NCBI GenBank assembly: GCA_050293845.1
Contig: JBNKNM010000116.1
Span: 1 to 17,021 of the forward strand
Source of the DNA: Pseudobacteriovorax sp.
Lineage (GTDB): Bacteria > Bdellovibrionota_B > Oligoflexia > Oligoflexales > Oligoflexaceae
Reading direction: 5' to 3'
DNA: 17,021 nucleotides
Positions 1-8,468 of this stretch are shown piece by piece (the first letter of the stretch is position 1; every line of letters begins with the position of its first letter). The notes beneath the pieces were generated by a model that was given only the letters and a program-made list of their open reading frames with translations, was not told where the DNA came from and ran no database searches. The translations under genes and the position numbers were made by a program.

Positions 1-133
1 CTTTCACAGAACACATAGTTCTAGTGATATTTACCATTATATTGGTTCCTATATGGTTTCTAGAATCTGCGGCCTTTGGAAAGTACTCTACGATATTTGT
101 TCAAAATTTGATCATCTTTTAAAATCTGTGAAG

Positions 134-661
134 CTATAGATATGTCCTTAATAGAATTTTATTTTTCTTCACATCAAACAACTGCTCTATTTTCTCGTAG
201 GAAGAATCTTGAGGATGTAACCAGTCTTCGATCACGCAATTGCTTAAACTGACCGGCATTCTTTCATGACCGGCTGCTTGCATTTCAGAGATCGAGTCAT
301 CAGTAATGATTGCAAAACCATAATCTATGCTATCTTTGTTTTCATAATAAATAATGAGTACAATATGATTTTCGCTGGTATCTTGTTTAAATTCGATCAC
401 AATATTTCGAAACATAGCATCTTTAAGCTCTGTTTTCGTAGGGGTGTACTTATTCCCTTGAGCTAGGATTTTCTGCTTTATTTCTTTTGATTCGAAAGTA
501 AATTTTGTCCTAACCTGATCAATATCTACAACTCCTGCTCTCAGAAGATCTTTTACAGCAACCCACTCATAGAATCTTTTTAAGTCGATTAGCTCATGAT
601 TAACTCGAAATGCTTCTGACCAAAATCGTTTGCCAAGTGAATCACGACGAGCATTAAATGT
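134..661 (-). pseudogene. SOS response-associated peptidase (SRAP/YedK-like), 5'-truncated and frameshifted
   Basis: Minus-strand translation from about 660 reads TFNARRDSLGKRFWSEAFRVNH...KRFYEWV (SRAP NAR and FYEW motifs) and stops near 450. A second frame (..ILAQGNKYTPT.. into ORF 134-415) gives GFAIITDD...GHERMPVSL....DWLHP (SRAP T...HxRMPV motif). The N-terminus with the catalytic Cys is replaced by the IS6 left end at 662. Confidence 0.85.
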
Positions 662-1491
662 GGCTTTGGTGCAAGAATCACTTGTGGATGCTGTTGTGGT
701 CAGTCCATACTCATCACAGAGAGTCTACCTGACATGATAACCAAGCCCAAGCCCTTTCAAATGCAAGCAGTTCAAATCAGAAGTCATCCTTGTGTCAGGT
801 GGTATTTGAGATATGCCCAACTTATCGAGATCTGACTGAAATGATGTCAGAAAGAGGACTTTCCATGGCTCATACCACGCCCATGAGGTGAGTCCACCAG
901 TATGTTCCGGAGCTCGACAAGAGAACCCGTCTACACCTTGAAAGGACTTATGACTCATGGCACGTTGATGAAACCTATGCCAAAGTCAGGGCGCTGGATG
1001 TACTTGTACAGAGCTGTTGATAAAGACGAGGCTACAATTGACTTCTATCTTTCAGCCCACGGGGATCAGCTTGCAACAGTATGGTTTTTCAAATAAGCGC
1101 TTGGAGTAAGTCACAACACAGTCCCCAGAGTTATTAATGTGGACAAAAATCCCTCATACCTGCCAGCCGTAGATTCCGCAAAGAAAGCTGGCTATCTTCC
1201 CGAAGAAACTCAGCTTCGGCAGGAAAAGTATCTTAATAACAGAGTCGAAAGCGATCATCGGAGGATAAAAAAACTCATCAGCTATGGACTTGGATTTAAA
1301 GGCTTTTGGACGGCCCATAAGACGATCAGAGGATACGAGACTATGCACATGATAAGGAAAGGGCAGGTAGCGCTGTCCCATAGATCTCATATGGAGCAAG
1401 TTAAATTTTTTGAGCGATCTTCGGGATCGCAACATAAGTAGCTGATACATGTGAACTTTCATCGTCGTTGTCCATCAGTTGCATCAAAGCC
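662..1491 (+). mobile_element. IS6-family insertion sequence, degenerate (830 bp)
   Basis: Terminal inverted repeats GGCTTTGGTGCAA (662-674) and TTGCATCAAAGCC (1479-1491; reverse complement GGCTTTGATGCAA, 12/13 match). Length is typical of IS6 and it contains an IS6 transposase remnant. Flanks TTAAATGT and CAGTTTCA show no target duplication. Confidence 0.92.
734..1441 (+). pseudogene. IS6-family DDE transposase pseudogene
   Basis: Pieces across frames: SPFKCKQFKSEVIL / CVRWYLRY / TYRDLTEMMSERG...WHVDETY / GRWMYLYRAVD...TIDFYLS / INVDKNPSY / YLNNRVESDHRRIK...GF. Several frameshifts plus in-frame stops at 889-891 (TGA) and 1094-1096 (TAA). Confidence 0.92.
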
Positions 1492-1496
1492 CAGTT

Positions 1497-3668
1497 TCAG
1501 AATCTATACTTGACTTCAGCTTGTAATTCCCTTCGATCTTGAGGCACACTGGAAAAAGCAGTACTGCCGACATTGGGATTATAATATTTACGATCAGCTA
1601 AGTTGGTCGCTCTTAATGCTAGTTCTAGATTATTGATACCACGATAGGCCATAAATAAATTACCCATAGTATATTCACTTGTTTTATGACCTATTAGTGC
1701 ACCAATCTCTGTCGCAGTTGCCTTGCTGATAGTTCGTACAGAGGGGGTGATCACAAAACTACTCAAATTAAGCGTCACTCCGGCTTTCATTTGCTCCCTT
1801 GCAGAAAAAGGCAACTCCACAGTATCCAAGCCCTTTAGTGTGAAATCTCCATCCACCTGACTATAAGATAGCCATGATTCCATAGTTAAATTTTCCCATG
1901 AATGGAAGGAACGAAATACTATAGAACTACCTAGTATTTTCAACTTACCAACATTATCGTTGATTTGTGTGGTTGCAATATTACCGCCTTCAATAAAATC
2001 GCTAACGGGTTGATCTGTAACTGTAGCAGCAATCATTTCGTCCACTGATGCTTGATAGATCGTGGCGTCTAACTTCATAGTCTCCGTTATGTTATAGCTA
2101 CCATTTAGTTCAAGAGTGACCATTTCTTCAGGCTTTAAGTCTGCATTGGGTATGTGCATAAAGAAGCTTTGATAGATGCCATTATCATCTTGGTAGGCGA
2201 ATGAACCGTAGTGTTCATAGGTAAAGCGAGGTGATGGAGCTAGAAAAGCTTCTCCATAGAGTAATTTAAATGATAGATCATTATTGGGTAGCCAAACAAC
2301 CCCTGCTCTTGGATTGGTTGTGGCTCCATAAGTAGTGCTTTCATCAAAGCGAACCCCTACGGTAGTGAATAACTCATTACTCCAATCAGTTTTTAATTGA
2401 GCAAATGCTCCCAGATTAGCCCACTCGACATGGAAAATCTTAACATCCAACTCCTCTGCCCCGTGATACACCAAATCTTGAAGATCCCGTGGTTTCTTAG
2501 GGTCATATTTTCTTAAAAGGTCAGCTGATTTTGGCGTTGAGGTCATTTGCTCTGCTAAAAGCCCCAGAACAATATGATTAGTTTCATTTAAGTTTAAAAA
2601 GAACTGCTGACTATATTCGAACTTTGATGACTCAGCAAATTCGTAGCCATCTTCATAGTCAGTAAAAATATTGGCAAATTTTGACTCAGGGGAGATCTGG
2701 TAACGAGAATAGCTTAATTGAACTTCTGTATGAACGTCTTTAGTTAATTCTAAACCATATTTTATATAGAGTGTATCAATTATAGATCGCCATTGAGGAG
2801 ATCGATTATAGTTGGCTGTATTCGGTAGTGTTCCTGTGACAGAGGGGTGAGAAAAATCAGAACGATTATATCCCAGTGTGAATTCATCTGATACCTTAAG
2901 ATTTACGTAAAGATTACGGGCAGTCGTTGGAAAAGCTGCTTTTTCTCTTTCCGCGGCAGTTATGATGACATCCCCACCAAATGTCTCAAGATCGTTAAGA
3001 GGATATTCATCTGAATACCCTTCACTAAGATCGAAGTTATCGCTGCCATGAAACAGAAGACCTAAAGAAAATTGTGCACTATCTGAGAGTTTTGTATTAA
3101 GAAGTATATTCGAAAAAATATCTTCATTTTCTCCATAGCCCGTTGTTACAAAACTATTAGTTTCATTGCTTGCAGAGTCTCCTGTTATGAGATTGATCAC
3201 TCCAGTAAAGGCATCCGCACCATATAATGCAGAGGCGGGACCATAAACAATTTCGATTTGCTTTACATTATATAGGGGGAAGTTCCCAGCGACAGGAACA
3301 TCCTCTCCCGTAGGAGAACTAATCCTTATACCGTTCTGCAAAATGACAAATTTATTATTTCCCTTAATTCCTCTAACAGTAATCCTGTTATAAGTAACTG
3401 CATCACTGGCAGACATTACATAGAAGGCGGGAAGATCTTTTAAAGCATCTTCCAAAAATCGATATCCTCGCTGTTCGATTTGTTTTTTGGTAATAACCTC
3501 AACTGTACCTGGTGCTTTTGAAGCACTTTCTTCTACTCTTGATGCCGTAACTATAGATAAATCAAAAATGTCACCCAAAGATAACTGTTCTGAGTCACTG
3601 TTAGCATAAGCTAAAGAGGGCATTAACAATAGCAGTACTCGCATGCGCTTTAGAAAATCACCATTCAT
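1497..3668 (-). CDS. TonB-dependent outer-membrane receptor (plug + beta-barrel), 723 aa
   Basis: Signal peptide ending AYA; IVTASR TonB-box-like segment; plug motifs VITKKQIEQRG and IEIVYGPASALYGADAFTGVINLIT; NADLKPEE; C-terminal NLADRKYY...EVKYRF ending in Phe. AGGAG RBS at 3675-3679 (- strand). Confidence 0.95.
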   Translation of the reverse strand: MNGDFLKRMRVLLLLMPSLAYANSDSEQLSLGDIFDLSIVTASRVEESASKAPGTVEVITKKQIEQRGYRFLEDALKDLPAFYVMSASDAVTYNRITVRGIKGNNKFVILQNGIRISSPTGEDVPVAGNFPLYNVKQIEIVYGPASALYGADAFTGVINLITGDSASNETNSFVTTGYGENEDIFSNILLNTKLSDSAQFSLGLLFHGSDNFDLSEGYSDEYPLNDLETFGGDVIITAAEREKAAFPTTARNLYVNLKVSDEFTLGYNRSDFSHPSVTGTLPNTANYNRSPQWRSIIDTLYIKYGLELTKDVHTEVQLSYSRYQISPESKFANIFTDYEDGYEFAESSKFEYSQQFFLNLNETNHIVLGLLAEQMTSTPKSADLLRKYDPKKPRDLQDLVYHGAEELDVKIFHVEWANLGAFAQLKTDWSNELFTTVGVRFDESTTYGATTNPRAGVVWLPNNDLSFKLLYGEAFLAPSPRFTYEHYGSFAYQDDNGIYQSFFMHIPNADLKPEEMVTLELNGSYNITETMKLDATIYQASVDEMIAATVTDQPVSDFIEGGNIATTQINDNVGKLKILGSSIVFRSFHSWENLTMESWLSYSQVDGDFTLKGLDTVELPFSAREQMKAGVTLNLSSFVITPSVRTISKATATEIGALIGHKTSEYTMGNLFMAYRGINNLELALRATNLADRKYYNPNVGSTAFSSVPQDRRELQAEVKYRF

Positions 3669-3750
3669 CCTAATCTCCTAAACAATAATCAACAATGCTG
3701 AAATCATGGGGCATTAGATCTATCCTGGATACCTCTTATTATCTAATTAA

Positions 3751-3764
3751 ATATGTGCACATAT
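3751..3764. promoter_or_regulatory. Perfect 14-bp palindrome ATATGTGCACATAT upstream of the TonB receptor (candidate operator)
   Basis: Self-complementary 14-mer about 83 bp upstream of the receptor start codon. The cognate regulator is unknown. Confidence 0.3.
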
Positions 3765-3933
3765 GGGATACTATTTTCACCCAAAATACAGCACCTAAAC
3801 AAAGATGTTTCTAGCTATATTTATTTTTAGCAAAAAAATGTAGTACTTGTCTTCTTTTTTTTAACAAAGTAGTTACTCCCCTATATACTTTTTTACTTTA
3901 ATAACGACTAGTATCTCAATATAGTTCTCATAA

Positions 3934-4397
3934 GATTCTGTTAAAAGAGCTTTATATTCATACTATTAGGTGATTTACATAAGTTTAACCATTGCAAATT
4001 TAATAAATGATTCAGCATGAGCCGGACGACGTTCGTAGTTTTTACTTAATCTTCTGTTCCCTCGATGAATGAGGTCAAGTAAGCCGGATTTAGTCCACTT
4101 TTATAAAATAGTAGTAGACGATTAGCCAAGGTGGAAAATCATTTGGTAGTATGCACCAATGATAGCAAGTTTATTTATGAAAAATATTGCATTTAAGATG
4201 ATCCTTGTATGGTAAGACTTGGGAGGTCTCACTTTTCAGGATTAGGGAGATATTTTTCTAAAACTTTCCACTGATTGTCTGTTAAATAAGTATCATATCC
4301 TGTCATAATCCGCTCCTAATGTCGTTATCTTTAGGAATAATACCCGAAATATTCGATTTTTATACAAATGCTATCGCGTAGCTTTTTTAACAGGCTC
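3934..4397 (-). mobile_element. Internally deleted IS5-family (IS1031-type) element, 464 bp, non-autonomous
   Basis: 18-bp imperfect IRs GATTCTGTTAAAAGAGCT (3934-3951) and reverse complement of 4380-4397 GAGCCTGTTAAAAAAGCT (15/18). Flanked by TAA direct repeats at 3931-3933 and 4398-4400. Contains a transposase remnant. Confidence 0.88.
3975..4306 (-). pseudogene. IS5/IS1031-type transposase remnant: N-terminus joined to C-terminus, DDE core deleted
   Basis: AGGAG RBS, then MTGYDTYLTDNQWKVLEKYLP / RPPK...ILNAIFFI / HWCILPNDFPPWLIVYYYF / KWTKSG..., running directly into RRLSKNYERRPAHAESFIKFAMVKLM* (the C-terminal RRLSKDYE motif). Multiple frameshifts, so absent from the ORF track. Confidence 0.88.
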
Positions 4398-4635
4398 TAA
4401 AATTAGTGGAAGACTCATCCCGATCGAGAATTAAATCCACATTAGTAGTTATTCTTGCCTGAATTTAATTAGTTAGTAATATCTTCAATTGCAATAAATA
4501 TTTAATAATATCTTAGCTATTAGGTGCTTCATTTAATCTATAAAAAATGAGGCATTATGTTTCGATTTATAAAATTTATCCAGCGTTGTTTTGTAAGGGT
4601 GCGAAATATGGTATTATCATAACCGCAAAGTAATA

Positions 4636-4662
4636 TAAACATTTCGTTTAGCGGGTCGATAG
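4636..4662 (+). promoter_or_regulatory. Putative sigma-28 (FliA) promoter
   Basis: TAAA (4636-4639), exactly 15 nt, then GTCGATAG (4655-4662), against consensus TAAA-N15-GCCGATAA. Ends 26 nt before ATG 4689, with GGAGAG RBS at 4679-4684. Confidence 0.6.
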
Positions 4663-4688
4663 GTGATAAAGATAGTTTGGAGAGAATT

Positions 4689-6620
4689 ATGGCCCTTCCG
4701 CACGACCTAACACATCAAGAACAAAAAGATACTTTAACTAATGAACAAAAGCTTATTGCTCAGAATTTAAGAGCGAGTCATAAAATTCTATTTGCACTGT
4801 CTCAATCGAAAGAAGAAACCGAACTTATTTTGGACAGGATTCCAGAATTATTTTTAATCATTGATTGTCATGGTAATGTTTTGAAAGCAAACTGGTTTAC
4901 AGGTCGTTTTTTTGGAATTGCTGAGGAAGATTGGTTAAACAAGAACATAACCGATTTTTTTTCTAAAGAAACTCAAAAAATTTTTTGGTCCCAGTTGAAC
5001 AAAAGAAAACGTGATGACTCGCAAGGTAGTGGAGTGCATTTTGAAATCCCTCTCACTGTACATAGTGAAACGTTCGACTATCATCTATCTGTAAATGAAG
5101 TTGAGTCACTAAAAGTTAATAAAAAACCTACATACTCAATAATTGGTAGTGACATTACCGAAATTAGAAGATTAGAAAAGCAATTGTCTCAAATATTCGC
5201 AGCCGTTCCTTTGGGAATTTTTATTCTAGATCCTGAAGGATATATTGTTGGACCATACAGTGCTTATACCAATCATATCTTTGGCAGTCATAATATTGAG
5301 AAAGAAAACATTTTTAACCTTCTTTTTGATCATAATCAAGAAAATCTCAGTCAAAGCCAGAAAGACGGTTTTGCTGAGTTAAAATTATGCTTAAATGAAG
5401 ATGAAATATGGTTTCAATTCGCACAAAATCGTTTTCCTAACGAGATTCGGATAGAGAGAGATGGTGCAGTACTCTTTCTTGATGTGCAATTCCACGCTAT
5501 ATGCAAAGATGGAGTTGTGGTCAATCTTCTAGTAGTGGTGACTGATATTACCAGTGTCATAAATGCTAGAGAACAACAGGAAAGCGATCATACTCGACTG
5601 CAAAGAAAAGTTACTCACTATTTAGCTATAGAAAAAACGCCCGATGCTACTATTAGATCGATTCTGGAAGATTATCCCAATTATCATCAAAAATTATTAG
5701 AGGGTATAAATATTCAAAATGTTACTCAAGTAAAGTTCGTTCTACATTCACTTAAATCTCTGTTCAGAGCTGCCAATATTAGTGATATTGCAGAAAAAAT
5801 TCATCACTATGAGCAGGATTTAAATGATGCCGGGGAAAAAATTGACAGCCAAATCCTTAGTGAGATCAAAATATACCTTGAAAAGGAATGGAATGAGATT
5901 AGTGGAATTCTTAGTCTAAAAGTTGGCTCAACTTTACCGGTTGGCAATTCTTCTTTGCATCTGCGTAATCAAAAAAATCAAGCCATTCAAATTTTAGAAT
6001 CAGCATCACTTGCAGCAGAAACCAAAATGCAGCTGATCGACAGTATCAGACAAATAGGATACTACCCCTTCAAAGAACTTGAAGATATTCTTATTCACTA
6101 TGGAGAAAACACCGCGGAATCTTTGAACTTGGCAGTGTTATTCGATTTTCAGTGGGATCGTGATTACTTTGACCCTTATCTTTTAAGCTTTTTGAAAGAG
6201 TCTTTTATGCATTTAATCACTAACATGATTGATCATGGATTTTCCAATCAGAGTAGTGAAAAGAAAAATATAATCACATTTCAGACTGAAACAGGAGATA
6301 TTTATACGAAATTTATTATCACTGATAATGGAAGCGGATTCAATATGGATCTCATTTACCAACGTTCTTTTGAGAAAAAACTTACTGACAAACCTAAAGC
6401 TGAATTAAGTAAACAAGAAATATTAGGATTTCTTTTGAAACCGAATTTCTCGACTAAATCAAAAGCAAGTTTGTACAGTGGAAGAGGAGTAGGACTATCA
6501 ACGGTGGACAAGCTTATTCATGATTATGGAGGGGATGGTCTTCAGTTATTCAATCACAAAAATGGAGCTGGCTTTGAATTCAAGGTTCTCAATCATCAAA
6601 AAAATGGAGGTAGAACATGA
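4689..6620 (+). CDS. Soluble CheA-like histidine kinase, PAS-PAS-HPt-HATPase, no CheW domain
   Basis: No TM segment. PAS-like segments ILDRIPELFLIIDCHGNVLKAN...GSDITE and IFAAVPLGIFILD...VTDIT. HPt LHSLKS (His codon 5745-5747). CheA-type N-box HLITNMIDHG, G1 DNGSG, F/G2 PNFST...SGRGVGL. Ends just after the ATPase domain. ORF track starts at TTG 4677; ATG 4689 is preferred for its RBS. Confidence 0.88.
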   Translation: MALPHDLTHQEQKDTLTNEQKLIAQNLRASHKILFALSQSKEETELILDRIPELFLIIDCHGNVLKANWFTGRFFGIAEEDWLNKNITDFFSKETQKIFWSQLNKRKRDDSQGSGVHFEIPLTVHSETFDYHLSVNEVESLKVNKKPTYSIIGSDITEIRRLEKQLSQIFAAVPLGIFILDPEGYIVGPYSAYTNHIFGSHNIEKENIFNLLFDHNQENLSQSQKDGFAELKLCLNEDEIWFQFAQNRFPNEIRIERDGAVLFLDVQFHAICKDGVVVNLLVVVTDITSVINAREQQESDHTRLQRKVTHYLAIEKTPDATIRSILEDYPNYHQKLLEGINIQNVTQVKFVLHSLKSLFRAANISDIAEKIHHYEQDLNDAGEKIDSQILSEIKIYLEKEWNEISGILSLKVGSTLPVGNSSLHLRNQKNQAIQILESASLAAETKMQLIDSIRQIGYYPFKELEDILIHYGENTAESLNLAVLFDFQWDRDYFDPYLLSFLKESFMHLITNMIDHGFSNQSSEKKNIITFQTETGDIYTKFIITDNGSGFNMDLIYQRSFEKKLTDKPKAELSKQEILGFLLKPNFSTKSKASLYSGRGVGLSTVDKLIHDYGGDGLQLFNHKNGAGFEFKVLNHQKNGGRT

Positions 6621-7219
6621 ATTATCCAAGCCTTGCTGAGCATGACGACGCTAATTATACATCAGTATATCAATCTCTGTATACTATATCAGAGAGAATT
6701 TCTATAGATAAACTAGAAATTAGTACTCAGAATAAAATGAAGTTTACTGCTAGAAAAGTTATACCTGACAAAGTTGTACATGGTAAATGGTTAGCAATGA
6801 TATTACTCTGTGGACAAGATCTCGAGATAACATTCAAAATTCACTATAATTCATCAGTAGGGCGTAAGCTGCTGTCAAAAATTGTATCAAAAGATCCTAC
6901 TGAGATACCACATGCGAAAATTCAAGACTATTTTCGGGAGCTTTGCAATACCTGTGCAGGTGAAATTAAAGCAACTCTATCACAACAAGATGTTGTGATT
7001 GGTCTCAGCCTACCATTGAGTGTAAGGGGGAGCGATCAAGTTATGTTTTCACAAAGAGAAAATTATTTAGTTCATTCGTATTTTTGGCATATTGATTCTG
7101 ATATTGGTCCCATAGTAGCCTCCGTGCATGTGGAACTCATAAATCCTCAAAATCTTGTAAAAATCAAAGTTCCGGATGAACCTATAAAAACCAAAAAAAG
7201 AAAAATTGCATTTTTATAA
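6617..7219 (+). CDS. cheX: CheX-like (CheC/CheX family) phosphatase, 200 aa
   Basis: DYFRELCNTCAGEIK carries the catalytic ExxN (6938-6949), followed by LSLP..V.G. ATGA overlap with the kinase stop and GGAGG RBS at 6606-6610. Lies between a CheA-like kinase and a CheY. Confidence 0.75.
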   Translation: MNYPSLAEHDDANYTSVYQSLYTISERISIDKLEISTQNKMKFTARKVIPDKVVHGKWLAMILLCGQDLEITFKIHYNSSVGRKLLSKIVSKDPTEIPHAKIQDYFRELCNTCAGEIKATLSQQDVVIGLSLPLSVRGSDQVMFSQRENYLVHSYFWHIDSDIGPIVASVHVELINPQNLVKIKVPDEPIKTKKRKIAFL

Positions 7220-7233
7220 GTGGAGTACTTATT

Positions 7234-7608
7234 ATGGCTAAAATTTTAATTGTTGACGATTCTGAAACACTGCGTGATCAATTGCGTGAAGTCATCGAAA
7301 AGGCAGGACACATTGTAGTAGAAGGTAAAAATGGCAAACATGGATTGGAAGTTGCAAGCAATGAAAATGATATTTCACTGATAATCAGCGATTACAATAT
7401 GCCTGAGTTTGATGGTATTGTTATGATTGAAAAAATTAAGACAATTGATAGATATAAAAACACACCTACCTTTATGCTAACAACTGAATCAACAAAAGAA
7501 CTCATGCATCAAGGTAAGAAGGCTGGAGTTATAGCATGGATTGTAAAACCATTCGATGAAAAAGAAATTATAGATGTTATTGACTATGTATTAGAAGGAG
7601 CTGCCTGA
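7234..7608 (+). CDS. cheY: Single-domain response regulator, CheY-like, 124 aa
   Basis: ILIVDDS, phosphoacceptor IISDYNMP, LTTES, WIVKPF; no output domain. GGAG RBS at 7222-7225. Confidence 0.9.
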   Translation: MAKILIVDDSETLRDQLREVIEKAGHIVVEGKNGKHGLEVASNENDISLIISDYNMPEFDGIVMIEKIKTIDRYKNTPTFMLTTESTKELMHQGKKAGVIAWIVKPFDEKEIIDVIDYVLEGAA

Positions 7609-7700
7609 ATTGGCTTTTTTTGTTAACGATAGTCGTTGAATAAAAGAATTTAGATAGATAGGTCTTACAAAACTGCGCTATGTGATGTGTGGAGTAATGA

Positions 7701-8468
7701 ATGGATTTTGACAAACAACGATGGCATTTTTACCATGGTTTACAATCCAAACACTACCAGTTGAAAATCGTAATGAATGTCATTCTGGGGTGGTTGATAC
7801 TGTTGTTGTCTATAACGACTAATGGAGCTCTTGCTGCTAGCAAGATGGCTGTTTTCTTTCCCTCTACTGTTTCTGTAACGCATATCCAGAAAGCATTGTC
7901 GGTAGATCCTACTTATAAAGATTTTGAGGTTACCGTATACAAAAAGTTTCGAGACTTCAACTCGGTAGTGAAAAATATAAAACCAGAAGTCATCATCGCC
8001 CCAGCAGAATTTCTAGACTACAATACATCCTATAAAGGAGTTGCCCAACTTCAAATGAAAGGAAAAAGGACATTTCAATACGATGTAATATCAATTGATA
8101 AAAAATGGGATGCATCTAAAATCAAATCTGGTTCCATAGGGGTAGTTCAAGTATTGGATCGTAAAGAGACCAAGCAACAGATTAAGAAAATTGTAGGAAA
8201 TTCCTTTAAAAAGATAAAAAGAGTAACTAAAATAGAAGATCTTTTTCCTCTTTTAGCACTAGAAAATGCCAATTATATTCTCATCTCTCCTCATGCATAT
8301 AATGCAGTAAAAGATAAGTTTAGAGCAGATGTAACCTATGTTCTAAAATCCAAAGAAATTGGGTTTCCCATTATAGCTATCGCAAAAGATGTAAAGCTGA
8401 AAAAGCTAAAAATCATACAAGATAAGACTGTCAAAGCCTTAGGTTTTGATGGTATTGAAAACCTATGA
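7701..8468 (+). CDS. Exported protein, probable periplasmic binding-protein fold (phosphonate-binding-like)
   Basis: Signal peptide MNVILGWLILLLSITTNGALA suggests a true start at or near ATG 7773. Alpha/beta pattern (PEVIIAP, ANYILISP, IGFPII) resembles PBP-type proteins. Family assignment is from memory only. Confidence 0.55.
   Translation: MDFDKQRWHFYHGLQSKHYQLKIVMNVILGWLILLLSITTNGALAASKMAVFFPSTVSVTHIQKALSVDPTYKDFEVTVYKKFRDFNSVVKNIKPEVIIAPAEFLDYNTSYKGVAQLQMKGKRTFQYDVISIDKKWDASKIKSGSIGVVQVLDRKETKQQIKKIVGNSFKKIKRVTKIEDLFPLLALENANYILISPHAYNAVKDKFRADVTYVLKSKEIGFPIIAIAKDVKLKKLKIIQDKTVKALGFDGIENL

Noticed and set aside
266..466. 66-aa + strand ORF
   Set aside because: Antisense shadow of the SRAP pseudogene; no motifs.
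725..1462. Minus-strand ORFs 725-958 and 1154-1462, and + ORFs 902-1096 and 1139-1441 as separate genes
   Set aside because: The minus ORFs are antisense to the IS6 transposase; the plus ORFs are fragments of one broken transposase.
4081..4091. AAGCCGGATTT, reverse complement of 12844-12854 at the second IS6 junction
   Set aside because: Only 11 bp and lies inside the IS5 transposase remnant (KSG codons); most likely chance.
3669..4676. Long spacer as a riboswitch, sRNA or CRISPR array
   Set aside because: No repeat-spacer periodicity or recognisable riboswitch; the excess length is explained by the IS5 remnant.
7603..7621. GCC-TGAATT-GGC followed by a T-run after cheY as an intrinsic terminator
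   Set aside because: The 3-bp stem is too weak to call, though partial termination cannot be excluded.
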